DNA from: Octopus bimaculoides
Taxonomy: Eukaryota
Length of the DNA stretch: 41,838 bases
Assembly: GCF_001194135.2 (NCBI RefSeq)
Contig: NC_068981.1
Coordinates: forward strand, 165,304,916-165,346,753
Direction: 5' to 3'
Below the pieces are notes generated by a model. That model was not told the DNA's origin. It made no database searches and worked only from the letters and a program-made list of their open reading frames with translations. Positions 23,487 through 36,364 of this stretch are shown here, piece after piece. Every line of letters begins with the position of its first letter. Position 1 is the first letter of the stretch. The position numbers were made by a program, and so were the translations under genes.

Positions 23487-23680
23487 CTTTTCTACTCAAG
23501 GCACAAGGCCTGAAATTTTGGTGGAGCGAGCCAGTTGCAACTGGTACTTAATTTATCGACCCCGAGAGGATGACAGGCAAAGTCGACCTCGGCGGAATTT
23601 GAACTCAGAACGTAAAGTCAGACGAAATAACGCTAAGCACTTCACACGGCGTGCTAACGTGTCTGCTAGTTCGCCGCCTT
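23487..23680 (-). mobile_element. Family-B SINE
   Basis: Minus strand aaggcggcgaactagcag...gagttcaaattccgccgaggtcgactttgcc...gtcgataaattaagtaccag...tcaggccttgtgcc. Confidence 0.88.
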
Positions 23681-24079
23681 AAAGTTGAAAGATATTGTCG
23701 TTGGTGTTAGTGTGTGGGAGCAGGAAGAATAAGGATCGTCGTGTTAGCATTGCTATTGTTGTTGTTTTTGTAGTGGTTGCTTCTGTTCTTTTGTTGTTGT
23801 CGTCGTCCTCATCGGCGGCGGCGGCGTCCTCGTTGTCGTCGATAGAGCCGTTTTGTGTTTTTTTCTTTTTGTTTTGTGTTAGGCGACGTTTTTTCTACAA
23901 ATCTACTGACAATTTGTACAATATTTAGTGAACTAAAAGTCAAATATTTTTGTGTATTTGTGTGTGAATGTGTGCATAAATTTGTACATATGAACACACG
24001 CACACACACATATATATTCAGGCACAAACGCACATTATATATATACATACATATATATGTTATATATTATATATAATAT

Positions 24080-24130
<51 letters not shown>

Positions 24131-24341
24131 NNNNNNNNNNNNNNNNNNNNNNNNNNNNNNNNNNNNNNNNNNNNNNNNNNNNNNNNNNNNNNNNNNNNNN
24201 NNNNNNNNNNNNNNNNNNNNNNNNNNNNNNNNNNNNNNNNNNNNNNNNNNNNNNNNNNNNNNNNNNNNNNNNTATAATATACACACACAGAAACAAACAA
24301 ACATACATACATAGGCACATACATATACTATATGTATGTGA

Positions 24342-24406
<65 letters not shown>

Positions 24407-24769
24407 CGTGTGTGTGTATGAACAAAGGAAGAAAAACCGTTGAGTTGACTACATACGTTGACATGCGATGGTGTTAGCAACGATAAGAAGGACAAAGAAA
24501 AAGTTAAGACAGAGCGAGAGAGAGAAAGGAGCGCAGAGGAGTGAAAAAGGCAAGAGAACAAGAGAGGTTGAGACAGAGCTGGATAGACGGAATGGATTAG
24601 CTTGGATTAGCTGATTTTATGACATATTATGACATTAGAAATGGCAGCAGCCCTCTAACTACTCTACGAACGGAAAATACGACAGTTTGTGGATTACCTT
24701 TTATTAGTCATGACTGAACGAGCAACAAAAATAAACAACACTAACCACCCAGAACAGCAACGACGAACA

Positions 24770-24826
<57 letters not shown>

Positions 24827-25024
24827 TGGTGGTGGGGTAGCAGCGGCGGTGGTAGCAATGGTGGCGGTAGCAGTAGCAGCAACAGTACCAACGTCTAAAT
24901 ATCCACTTGGAACATCCCATTCTCATATGAAACATGTGCATGTGTTTGTGTGTGTGTGTATGTGTGTGTATGTGTATGTGTGTGTGCATTTGTGTGCGTG
25001 TGTGTATGTATATGTTTATGTATG

Positions 25025-25058
<34 letters not shown>

Positions 25059-25356
25059 ATATATATACAGGTAAGTATGTATATTTATATAACTGTATAT
25101 CTATATATAAATATACATATGTATACAAGAATAGGCATACATATATTCAAATACGCCTACACACACTCACGCGCACTCACACACACACACACTCACACAC
25201 ACACACACACACATATTTACTAAAACTTTGTTTAACTGACACCGCATCCATTTGTCTATCTGTCTATCTCTTTCTTTACATACATACGTACGATGTGAGC
25301 ACATGCACATATTTACTCGAATATCATACACACACACACACATAATATACGTGTGT

Positions 25357-25394
<38 letters not shown>

Positions 25395-25825
25395 GTGTGT
25401 GTGTGTGTGTGTNNNNNNNNNNGTGTGTGTGTGTGTGTGTGTGTGTGTTCTCATACACAAGTATATACGGTTGAGTCCCCCTACCGAAGAGATACAGAAT
25501 CTTGCGGGAGATTAACGCGGTTCAAAAATAAAGGTAAACTAGAAGACAGAAAGCATATGACAATACAGCATGCCAAAATGATAGTTTCCGTTGTAAGCTC
25601 GTTGACTGGCTTATAACAAACAAACCGAAGGGAGATAAAACAAGAAACAAAACAAAAAAAGAAACAAAGACAAACTAGAAAATATAAAACTTTTTAGTGC
25701 CGTACAAAAGAACCCATTTTACAGCAAAATTCTTCACTGTACATTCTAGTGAACACATTTCTGCAATATGCTGTCAATTGCATTTAAATGCATGTCATTT
25801 ATGTCACTAACCTCAAAATACGAGC

Positions 25826-25837
25826 AATAATAATAAC

Positions 25838-25912
<75 letters not shown>
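25826..25912. repeat. (TAA)n microsatellite
   Basis: Direct reading. Confidence 0.97.
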
Positions 25913-26063
25913 TAATGCATAAATACATATAATAATGAAGAATTAAATAAAAATGGCGGTCTCTGTAGACTGGTGAGTTTAAGCACATTTCTGTTTTATA
26001 AATGTTCACGATGGGAATTTTTTTCTTTATACATACATTCATACATACACACATAAATGCAAG

Positions 26064-26143
<80 letters not shown>

Positions 26144-26237
26144 TGTATATAGTTATACTATATTTGCGTATCTATACATGCATATACATATATACGTATT
26201 TTTATACAAATATGTATATATACATGCATACACACAA

Positions 26238-26284
<47 letters not shown>

Positions 26285-26904
26285 AACAGACATATATGCA
26301 AGCATACATAAATACATACATACATACATACATACATACATACATACATACATACATACAGTTGCAATACAACTCGAACTTCTTTTCTTATTCTTCGACT
26401 GCAAATTTTACGTATCTTTGCTTTGTCAAGATGTATAATGTATGTATATATCTATGTGTGTATATGTATGTATGCATGTACGTATTTTTGTATGTATGCA
26501 TTATGTATGTATGATTGTTCGTGATTAGGAATGTTTGTGTTTGATGTGTATGTAAATATATATGCATCTGTTACAATACATATATAACATTGTAGATTTT
26601 ATTATAGGTCTGTGAATATCTACAAGACCGAACAGATTCTTGTCCTACAATGCAGAATACAAAAATGCACGTAGTAGCCGGGTACCCCGTGGAGATCCAC
26701 CTCTGTAAATCTTCACACGCGATGTCAGCCATTATATATAAATATATATATATATGTATGCATGTATATATATGCACATATATAAACATATGTAGGTAGG
26801 TAGGCAGGTAGGTAGGTAGGTAGCTGAGTAGCTAGGTAAGTATGTACGTATGAACGTACATGTCCGTGTGTGCTATTCTTTTATTAGAACGATTGAAAGA
26901 CGAT

Positions 26905-27062
26905 GGATTGGTAGACTCAGTTTCGGACAAAATGTTTTGTGATATTTCTTTAAGAATTTTCTATGTTCTCTTCAGTTTCTGGCGCGGTCTAGTTTGCATT
27001 TCGTCCTTTCGAAATTTGATAATATAAAGTAATATCCAGATACTTGGCCGATGTAATTGACT
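26905..27062 (+). mobile_element. Highly degenerate family-B SINE
   Basis: cggacaaaatg...tttgcatttcgtcctttcg...gatgtaattgactt. Confidence 0.5.
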
Positions 27063-27789
27063 TATAAGTTTTATGAATTTTAATTTCTTATGCAGTTTTA
27101 ACGGTCAAGCGATGGACTGTACCCCTAACCACACGCTACCGAACTTGCCTACGTGTTCTATCCATTGACCTCACTTCCTCCGTTCCAAATATTCTTTTCC
27201 CCCTCAATTTCTATCCCGCAATCCAGCTCCTCATCAATCTGCGGAACTTTCGTTTTCCTCCAGTCCAACATTCCTATTTACCTCATTCTTTTGAACCCCC
27301 TCATTCTGCATTCAGATGTATCCACAGTCTAGTCAAGCTTCTCTATTGCTCTTTCATTTCTTGTCACGTTGAACCTCGATCTTCAGCCTGTTTTTCCCCT
27401 GTTGCAACACTTAACTTTTCGTTTAAATCACTACCACAGTGCATGAATCAAGGTCTATTTTTTATGTCCTTAATAGCTTTACTATCACTTCCAAAATCCT
27501 TAACGATATCGATTTAGAGTGCATTTATTGGTTGTCTGATGCAATAGCACCATGTTGTTTAAACTTATTACCTAATTCTCTAGGTCACCCTCACATTCAG
27601 CTGGTTGTTTGTGGTTTTCTACACCACTATAGTGCTATTGCTAGGTACTCTGTGAACTGCTGTCAGTTCTGTGGGTGTAACCAGTGGCGTCAACAATCGA
27701 TTCACTCTCTCCAACCCTCTTCCTACACACGCTGATGAGTATCTACACACGTAGATTCACACTATGTTTCTCCATACATACGTGATGCC

Positions 27790-28155
27790 TTGCTTACGCG
27801 TGGTTTTGGATTCAATCCGACTGCGTTTAATCGTGAGCACGTGTACTCTAGTATAGCTTCAGGATAACCAATTGAATTTGGTTATAGAGAATCTATGTGA
27901 AAATGCATCATATATGCGAGTGTGCGAGTGTGCGAGTATTTGTGTATGTATTTATGAATGCATGTATATATGTGTATGCGTGTATGAGGTGTGCGTGCGC
28001 GCGTCTTTGTCCTCGCCTGCCGCTTCACAACCAGTATTGATTTGTTTACGTATCAGATTTGAAAAACAGGTACTGTGGCCAATTTGATCGGTTTGGGCAT
28101 CACCTCTTTAAGGTGATGCTCTAATGCCCCAAAATGTCCGCAGGCCAACGAATGA
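27790..28155 (+). mobile_element. Highly degenerate family-A-like SINE
   Basis: tgcttacgcgtggttttggattcaatccgactgcgt head, internal TG-rich tract, cttcacaaccagtattgatttgtttacgt, aggccaacgaatgaacaag tail. Confidence 0.45.
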
Positions 28156-28621
28156 ACAAGTTAAAAGAATATAGAAATCTTGTTAGAAATAGCATCCAAA
28201 TCTGTCTCTCTCGAAATAAATCCTAACATTATAAAAAAAAAAGAGAGCGAACATTCGAAAATGTAATCCACGGTACTCTAAGCCCGAAGGAAAACAATGG
28301 AATGGGATTGTCAAACTTGAAATAGCCTGGATTGTAATTCTCTTCGATCAGGTTTAATCTGGAATTTCACAATCAACAATAAGTTATTTCTGGTCGGGCC
28401 AGGCCGTTGAGAGTTGAGTAACTTGATCATCCAACGGTGTATGTGAGTCTCTCTCACTCTCTCCCTTTCTATTTCTTTCTTTCTCTCTTTGTTTGTGTGT
28501 GCGTGAGAGTATAATGTGTGTGTGTGTGTGGAAGTCGTCCACAAGTCAAGAAAAAGTGCACTCGTATATGTCAATAGAATGGATATATTATACGAAATGT
28601 ACAGTATCGTATATCTATTAT

Positions 28622-28664
28622 GGCCGATCTTGCCAATCGGTTTCACGATCATCAGCGGTAGCCC
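28622..28664 (-). ncRNA. Degenerate hammerhead motif in the left foldback arm
   Basis: Minus strand CTGATGA tcgt GAAA ccgattgg CA agatc; stem II collapsed and U16.1 changed to C. Confidence 0.4.
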
Positions 28665-28697
28665 GGCTACCTCCGATGAGTGCTTATCAAAGGAAGA

Positions 28698-28794
28698 CCG
28701 ACTGCATCTGATGAGCGCAGAGTTACATAATCGGATCGTTACCTAACGCTCCATTGAATCTCCCAAGCGCGAAACCAATTGGTAAGATCTGTCG
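28698..28794 (+). ncRNA. Candidate type I hammerhead ribozyme, canonical core, 48-nt loop II, weak stem I
   Basis: CTGATGA (28708-14), gcgc...gcgc, GAAA (28771-74), ccaattgg, TA (28783-84); stem I has only a/t plus distal cgac/gtcg. Confidence 0.6.
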
Positions 28795-28853
28795 TAATAG
28801 ATATATAATACTGTACACTTCGGAGAGAGAGAGAGAAAGAGAGAGACAGACAG

Positions 28854-28921
<68 letters not shown>

Positions 28922-28934
28922 CTTTATCGTTATG

Positions 28935-29197
28935 TTTTATCCTTTATTTGCTTCAGTCATTTGATTCTGCCTTCAAGAATTTTTGACGAACGAATCAATC
29001 CCATTAGTTTTTTTTGTTTTTTTTTTTCAAGCCTGGTACTCATTCTATCGGGGGGGGGGTCGCCGAACCACTAACTTACGTGCTTGGAAACACACCAATA
29101 CCAGTTGTAAAGTGGTGGGGGGAGAAACACACACACCATAGGTATACATACGACGGGCTTGTTTCAGCTTCTGTCTACCAAATCCACTCACAAGATT
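28935..29197 (-). mobile_element. Degenerate family-A SINE fragment
   Basis: tttgcttcagtcatttga...cctggtactcattctatcgg...cgccgaaccactaac...ctaccaaatccactcacaag. Confidence 0.7.
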
Positions 29198-29366
29198 GGC
29201 CCACAGCTCTTTAATACTCTGCCACAAACTTAACAAACCTACCCAATGTGCATGCGGATTTCTTCAAAAAGGAACTGGACATTCTCCTATCCCCGATACA
29301 ACACAACCAACGTCTCGACTTGAAGTACAGGTGAGGGCAGCAGTGTCGAACTCCCTCATACACAAA
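29198..29366 (+). mobile_element. CR1-like LINE 3' coding fragment, frameshifted
   Basis: GPQLFNTLP...FFKKELDILLS...QPTSRLEVQVRAAVSNSLIH across frames, typical of the post-RT C-terminus of CR1-group LINEs. Confidence 0.65.
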
Positions 29367-30489
29367 TGGGCCAACAACCAGGGTAAAATAATATGCAGGA
29401 ATGGTGATATAAAATCCCACCACCCTGAAGAAATCAGCCAATAAGGAAAGCTGTAAAAAAAGATACAAATTCACGTGGTACTTCAGCATGACTACAGCCG
29501 CATGGCTGAAACGAATAAAATAAAAAAAAGATATATATATATATATANNNNNNNNNNNNNNNNNNNNNNNNNNNNNNNNNNNNNNNNNNNNNNNNNNNNN
29601 NNNNNNNNNNNNNNNNNNNNNNNNNNNNNNNNNNNNNNNNNNNNNNNNNNNNNNNNNNNNNNNNNNNNNNNNNNNNNNNNNNNNNNNNNNNNNNNNNNNN
29701 NNNNNNNNNNNNNNNNNNNNNNNNNNNNNNNNNNNNNNNNNNNNNNNNNNNNNNNNNNNNNNNNNNNNNNNNNNNNNNNNNNNNNNNNNNNNNNNNNNNN
29801 NNNNNNNNNNNNNNNNNNNNNNNNNNNNNNNNNNNNNNNNNNNNNNNNNNNNNNNNNNNNNNNNNNNNNNNNNNNNNNNNNNNNNNNNNNNNNNNNNNNN
29901 NNNNNNNNNNNNNNNNNNNNNNNNNNNNNNNNNNNNNNNNNNNNNNNNNNNNNNNNNNNNNNNNNNNNNNNNNNNNNNNNNNNNNNTATATATATATATA
30001 TATATAGGTGAGAAAGTTGGTATGTGAAAGCACGTGGTTGGATGTATAAAAGATAATAAGAGTGAAAGAACTACAGAAGGCTTGTGTTACATGGTTAAAG
30101 TATATATTTAAATTATGTCAGAAAAATGTTATAAAATCTTTTTGGTATATAAACATTGTATTTTGAGAAATAACCGGTTTCGTGTTGTCTTTTCAAATTT
30201 CTCTACTTCATTGTAACGTGTTATATATATATATATTTATTTTTTTTTTTTTTCAGCATGGCTATATTTGACTGAAATGTCTTCGATCTGGTCTAAATCG
30301 GGAATAAACTGCAAAAACAAATAATTGTCACACAAAAAAAAAATAATGGCATCACTATAAATAAAACGCTGGCACATTGTATAATGTAATCCATGATGCA
30401 CTATACCCGAACAGAAAAACAACAGAGTTGATTATGGCTGGAATGCTTTTGATCATAGGTCTGGTCAATGAGGGCTGACTCACAGTTGA

Positions 30490-30490
<1 letters not shown>

Positions 30491-30554
<64 letters not shown>

Positions 30555-30570
30555 AACTACTACTACGGCT
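30491..30570. repeat. (TAC)n microsatellite
   Basis: Direct reading. Confidence 0.95.
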
Positions 30571-31143
30571 ACTGCTACCGAAAATAATTGTAGTTTCAAA
30601 AACGAAAAAAGTAAACAATAAAATTACATTAAGCGACTACAACTGCAGTTACTACTACTACTACTACTACCACCAACAATCGCAACAATAACTATAACAA
30701 CCACTACCACAATTTCTAGTATGAAAATGCTAACAACAGCAACAACAACAAAAATTTCAAGAACAAGAAGAACAACAAGTAAATTTGACAGCAAGTGTTA
30801 TGATTGATTGCTAAAAGCTATTTTTATATTGGCGAGATTAGAGACGATATTATAATGAACATGGTGCTTGGTCAGTGGAACGAGATTAGGCAAGCTTTAA
30901 CAGGAACTTCTTCTTTATAATTGAACTGCAGAAATCAATAGTTCTATTATCATTATTATTTTATTTCATTTTATTTTATCTTATTTCATTTTATTTTATC
31001 TTATTTCATTCTATTTACTTATTTCATTTTTTTTTTTCTTTTCCACTCTCTTCTTCGTTTCGAAATCATTATTACAGCAGTCAACTTTTAATTTTTTTTA
31101 TTTCTTTAAGAGAGGGCACAAGTGGTAAAGAGTTGCATAAGAG

Positions 31144-31259
<116 letters not shown>

Positions 31260-31799
31260 TCGTTTTATTTTTATAACGTGCTTTCACTTCACTACCGAGC
31301 GCAGCTCTGTGTGCCTTGGGTACNNNNNNNNNNNNNNNNNNNNNNNNNNNNNNNNNNNNNNNNNNNNNNNNNNNNNNNNNNNNNNNNNNNNNNNNNNNNN
31401 NNNNNNNNNNNNNNNNNNNNNNNNNNNNNNNNNNNNNNNNNNNNNNNNNNNNNNNNNNNNNNNNNNNNNNNNNNNNNNNNNNNNNNNNNNNNNNNNNNNN
31501 NNNNNNNNNNNNNNNNNNNNNNNNNNNNNNNNNNNNNNNNNNNNNNNNNNNNNNNNNNNNNNNNNNNNNNNNNNNNNNNNNNNNNNNNNNNNNNNNNNNN
31601 NNNNNNNNNNNNNNNNNNNNNNNNNNNNNNNNACTTACTCCTCCTCCTCCTCCTCCTCCTAAAATGCTGGTCTTGTGCCAAAATTTGAAAGCATTGTTGA
31701 TATTAGTATCAGTTTTACAAGCACTAAAATGGAAATGTTCCCACCAGCGCTGGTAAACAAAACATATGAACTGGCTCAAGCGAAATAAAATTATATTTG

Positions 31800-33960
31800 A
31801 GTGTAGGAAGCCAGCAGTAATAATGCTTCCTGACATCGTGGCAGAACGAGCAAAAGAAAAAAAAAGAACAAGCAGTCTATTTCAGTTATGTTTCCCTAAG
31901 GACCAGGCGAACGTACCACAGTTATCAAGTGGAGAAGGCGGCTCTAAATGATGTGGCCCTCATGCAAAGTGCAGGACAGTTTGCCAGCATCGAGCTCCTC
32001 TTCAAAACATTATGCGAAAACATTATGTGGTACCCAGTTGGAGTGAAGAGTGTGTCTTATACTGACGTACCTCTCATGAACTGTCAAGCTTAAGATATTG
32101 AGTGTTCATCAGGCGGGAATATTTGGTGGATCTAGGCTTGCGTTCTCCTCTAGGATCTGGACACACTCCTTGGGGTCAAACACAGCAACAAAGAAGTTAT
32201 CCGAGCTTCTGCTCCAGGTGAAGTCTGAGATCATTGGGAAAATCTCAGACTTTATACAGCTGCCCAACAGGGTCGAGCTACATGTAATCATAGAAGATGA
32301 AAAAAGAACAGTATACGATCGTTGTAGGGCCACAATCCACCTAAGAGCTTTCTGTTACCCAAAAATAGGAGGCGTAAAGCCACCGCTACAACAAACACCG
32401 CGTCCTCAACAACAGCCACAACAAACACAATATGCCACACCCGCAACAGGGTCAACAACATAGCAGCTGAGACAACAACAGCCCCAACAGCACTATCATC
32501 ACCACTTTTACTACAATCAACAAGAAAAATAACAAAAAGAACCGTTAATAAAAACCCCCAGAACGTCTCTCAATCCAGTTTACCCTCTCCTCGCCCATCA
32601 TGCACGCTCTCACATACATATGCTCACAGTCAAACACACACACATCTACATCGGAGACAGATTTCGTAGAAACTGGTGCCTCTTCGTCTCGAAGTGAAGA
32701 TGAAGGGGAACACAAAAACAGGCATACGAGGAAAACGTTATCCAACACCAATACATGCCCCAGAAAATGCAGCGAACTCAACTCTCAAATACAGACACAA
32801 CCCATAGCATCTACCTCCTACACCACAACCCCCAACACAAATATCGCCACCACGAAAACAACCACAACCACAATTAACCACAAACGGAAATTGTAAACAA
32901 GAACAACAATTAGTAAGAGTGACACAAAACTTCGTGCAAGCGAAAAGTGCCAATACTAATGATCCTCATATAACGAAGTGAGAATATTGAGATAAAGGGA
33001 TAGGTCTTTAATACCAGCACCTTAAAAGCACCTGCAACTTTATTAACGGTGCCGATATCATTAGAGAGATATAAAAACATTAGGGAGGTTTCCCCAGCTA
33101 AAGCTTACTGGTGGAATTTACATCAATGATTCCTTAATGTAAATCCCAGTTGCCGATCTAGATAGAACACATAGACAGGAACCCGGTTATTGGAAGCTTA
33201 ACAAGTTGTTCCCAGCGCACAAAGCCTACAAACTTTCGATATGGTCGGCCATCAATATTTGGAGGCTGTCCTCAAGGCAGCCAGTTTCGGTCTCATCTTT
33301 AGAGGCGGATCGCCTCAAAACACAGCGGCGTTTGCTCGCTTGGCAGCGTAAATGCACACTTGTCGGAACCATTTCAGATTATGCATTAAATGTCAAGGAT
33401 GCCCTCTCTCCTCGCTTCTGAATTTACTGACTGCCGGGACATTATTCCGGAAAGTGAAGCTTTTGAAGGGCTTCCCGCCGGGCTATATTGGCATATACAG
33501 ACGGCGTTACTGTGGTGGTGTCGAGAACCTCGGAAATCGAGGTGATCAGCAACTACCTAAGGGCATAAGTTGACGGGAGTAAAAATTAACCCGGACAAGT
33601 CGCTGGTTTGAAACTCGGTACCGTTCAGTAGCGTCATGAGACGCTGGACAAACGGACCGGTGAAACTGCACGGGATCTGGTTTTGCCCAAACCTCCAGGT
33701 GGATAGGAACTGGGACAAAATAACGAGCAGTGTGAAAGCTAACCTTCAAAGGTCGGACAGAAGTGGCTAGCACCTATATCGCCTCCGTCAATATTATCAC
33801 CTGAGCGTCGTGCCTTGTCCCAGTTTGCGACTCACCAGATTGAAGTGTCTGCTCCTCCACTTCTTGCTGCCAAATCCCTCTGTGCGGATGGTTCGGCATG
33901 CCGTGGCCGAAAATGCGCAAACATGCACTGAGGTTACGGCATTTGCATACATTTCTAAGT
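31800..33960 (+). mobile_element. Decayed, internally deleted Tx1/L1-type LINE (ORF1, APE C-terminus and RT remnants)
   Basis: Degenerate ORF1 knuckle DFIQLPNRVELHVIIE...CRATIHLRAFC; PGYWKLN at 33182-33202; FDMVGHQYLEAVLKAA; QGCPLSSLL; AYTDGVTVVVS; GVKINPDKS; RWTNGPVKLHGIW; GMPWPKMRKHALRLRHL; many frameshifts. Confidence 0.85.
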
Positions 33961-34480
33961 GAACAGGAGTGATCACTCTTTTACAGGCATATCTCTCTGA
34001 AGCTCGACTTTTTAAATGAGCTGCAATCTTGGGCCACTTTAGATACTTTTGATTTTGGATTTAAGTACTATAGGATGTAAGATTCCTATGCAACGTAAGC
34101 TTCCTTTAAGTACTATAGGATGTAAGCTTCCTGGGCATATAAGCTTCCTGTGCAACGTAAGCTATAGCCTTTCTGAATACTTTAGGATATACACTTTTTG
34201 AGGACCATAGACTAGAGGCTTCTGCGCAACATAGAATATATGCTATCAGGACAACACCGTAGGATATAAACCTTCTGAAGACATAGGCTTTATGAAGGCC
34301 ATACATTAGTTCACTGAACACCGAAGAATATAAAACTTGAGTGCTATAACATGAAAACATTTTGAATGTTGCAGGATAAAAGCTTTTCGTGGATCCAGAT
34401 TATATAAAGATATAAGTACAAAGGCATCTTAAATTTAGAGGCGATTTTGAAATTTCGGTAAGTACTTCACTCCAGTTGCA

Positions 34481-34771
34481 GCAGATGAGATGACGTCAAG
34501 CTATCTCAACTAACAACATTATAGCGTAGCGCAGATGAGATGACGTCAAGCTATCTCAACAACATTATAGCGTAGTGCAGACGAGATGACGTCAAGCTAT
34601 CTCAACTAACAACATTATAGCGTAGCGCAGATGAGATGACGTCAAGCTATCTCAACAACATTATAGAGTACCGCAGACGAGATGACGTCAAGCTATCTCA
34701 ACTAACAACATTATAGCGTAGCGCAGATGAGATGATGTCAAGCTATCTCAACTAACAACACTATAGCGTAG
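34481..34771 (+). repeat. Six-unit minisatellite (50,46,50,46,50,49 bp) containing TGACGTCA
   Basis: Unit gcaga(t/c)gagatgacgtcaagctatctcaac(taac)aacattatagcgtagc; starts at 34481, 34531, 34577, 34627, 34673, 34723. Confidence 0.97.
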
Positions 34772-35522
34772 ATACGTGTACGTTACAAATAAACAAGGAA
34801 ACGCTTGTATTCATATAATCTACTAGTGCTAAGTTTATCTCCTTTACTCAATACTTCTCTGTTGCCAGAAACAAATATTTAATTGCCAGATACCCACTTC
34901 TTGTATTTGTAGCATTTGCTCATTCTTAAAAACCGCTTCCATATTCTGAAGAGTTACCACCCTTGCTAATGATTCCAGTGCCTCTGTTGCTGCTGCTGTT
35001 GTTTTTTTTTATGTATAGTCGTTATTATTTAGACCCTGAGCAACTCTGGCTAAGCAAATTTATGATCAAATGTATTCAAACCATGATCATGCTGTCTGTG
35101 CTTTTCTGTGTGCAGAGAACACAAGGCTGCATTATGCTTCCACCGTGTCCATTTTAAAGGTTGTAGGGTGCAGTGTAAGGATGATTTAACTGTTACTTCT
35201 AGCAGATCTAGCAACCACATAGAGGTACCCTCGTTGACTCAAAAATGCTGGTAGGTGTTGTAGTTAGGGTATTGGAAGTTGCGTGTGTATCTGTATGTGT
35301 GTGTGTACGTTTATGTATATGTGTGTTTACATGGACATTTGAGAATTGGAAAAAGAGAGGGAGAAAGAGAGAGGGGAAGGAGAGAAAGATAGGGAAAGAG
35401 AGAGAGGAAAAGAGAGGGAGGGAGATAGAGGGAGAAAGAGGGAGAGAGTAATAGAGTGAGGGAATGGAGGAGGAGTAGGAAATTTAAAAGCAGAAACAGG
35501 AATAAACTTGCAGAAGTTAAAC

Positions 35523-35572
<50 letters not shown>

Positions 35573-35995
35573 NNNNNNNNNNNNNNNNNNNNNNNNNNNN
35601 NNNNNNNNNNNNNNNNNNNNNNNNNNNNNNNNNNNNNNNNNNNNNNNNNNNNNNNNNNNNNNNNNNNNNNNNNNNNNNNNNNNNNNNNNNNNNNNNNNNN
35701 NNNNNNNNNNNNNNNNNNNNNNNNNNNNNNNNNNNNNNNNNNNNNNNNNNNNNNNNTAAATAAAGCAGATTAATATTCCATGCACCACCACCACCACCAC
35801 CACCACTCACTAACCACCAATATCACCATCACCTACAACCCCCACCCCACCACACCACACCCCACCCACCACCTTCATTACCACTGCGGCTCTGTAACCA
35901 ATCGATCTACTACAATTACAGTCACTACTACCATGTTAACATAAATTAAAATTAATTAATGAAAACATCTCCTTTGTTGTTGTTGTTGTTCTTGC

Positions 35996-36034
<39 letters not shown>

Positions 36035-36309
36035 CGTCCTCGTCGTTGCTGGTGCTGTTGTTGTTGTTGTTGCCCTTGTGCGGCTTCTTATTCTTGTTGT
36101 TTTCGTTGTTGCTGTTGTTGTTGCACGGCAAAGGCAAACTAACAGTTTGCAAAGAAGCATGGTGGCAATAGAAATTGGTTGGGGAGGGGGTCAAGTTTCT
36201 TTTTTGACAGTTTCAATTGCATTCTCTCTGTTCTCCTTGCGGTCGGACTCATGGACATGTATTGGAAAGAACGACAATGCGACACCCACCTTGATACACG
36301 CACGTATTT

Positions 36310-36364
<55 letters not shown>

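Larger units (their letters stand above)
28593..28822. repeat. Foldback element: 52-bp inverted arms (44/52 identical) around a 126-bp spacer
   Basis: 28593-28644 versus reverse complement of 28771-28822, compared by eye; 8 mismatches, 7 of them transitions. Confidence 0.92.

Noticed and set aside
27732-27765. CTGATGA followed by the atctac/gtagat hairpin
   Set aside because: No GAAA after the hairpin and no stem III/UH.
32098-32463. 121-aa ORF as a host gene
   Set aside because: Better explained as decayed ORF1 of the Tx1/L1 fossil whose RT remnants follow on the same strand.
34376-34458. Plus-strand exon bounded by ttgcag| and |gtaagt
   Set aside because: Stops in all three frames; a non-coding exon cannot be supported without RNA data.
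34481-34771. CRISPR-like appearance of the 46/50-bp array
   Set aside because: Units are contiguous with no unique spacers, there are no cas genes, and the context is eukaryotic.
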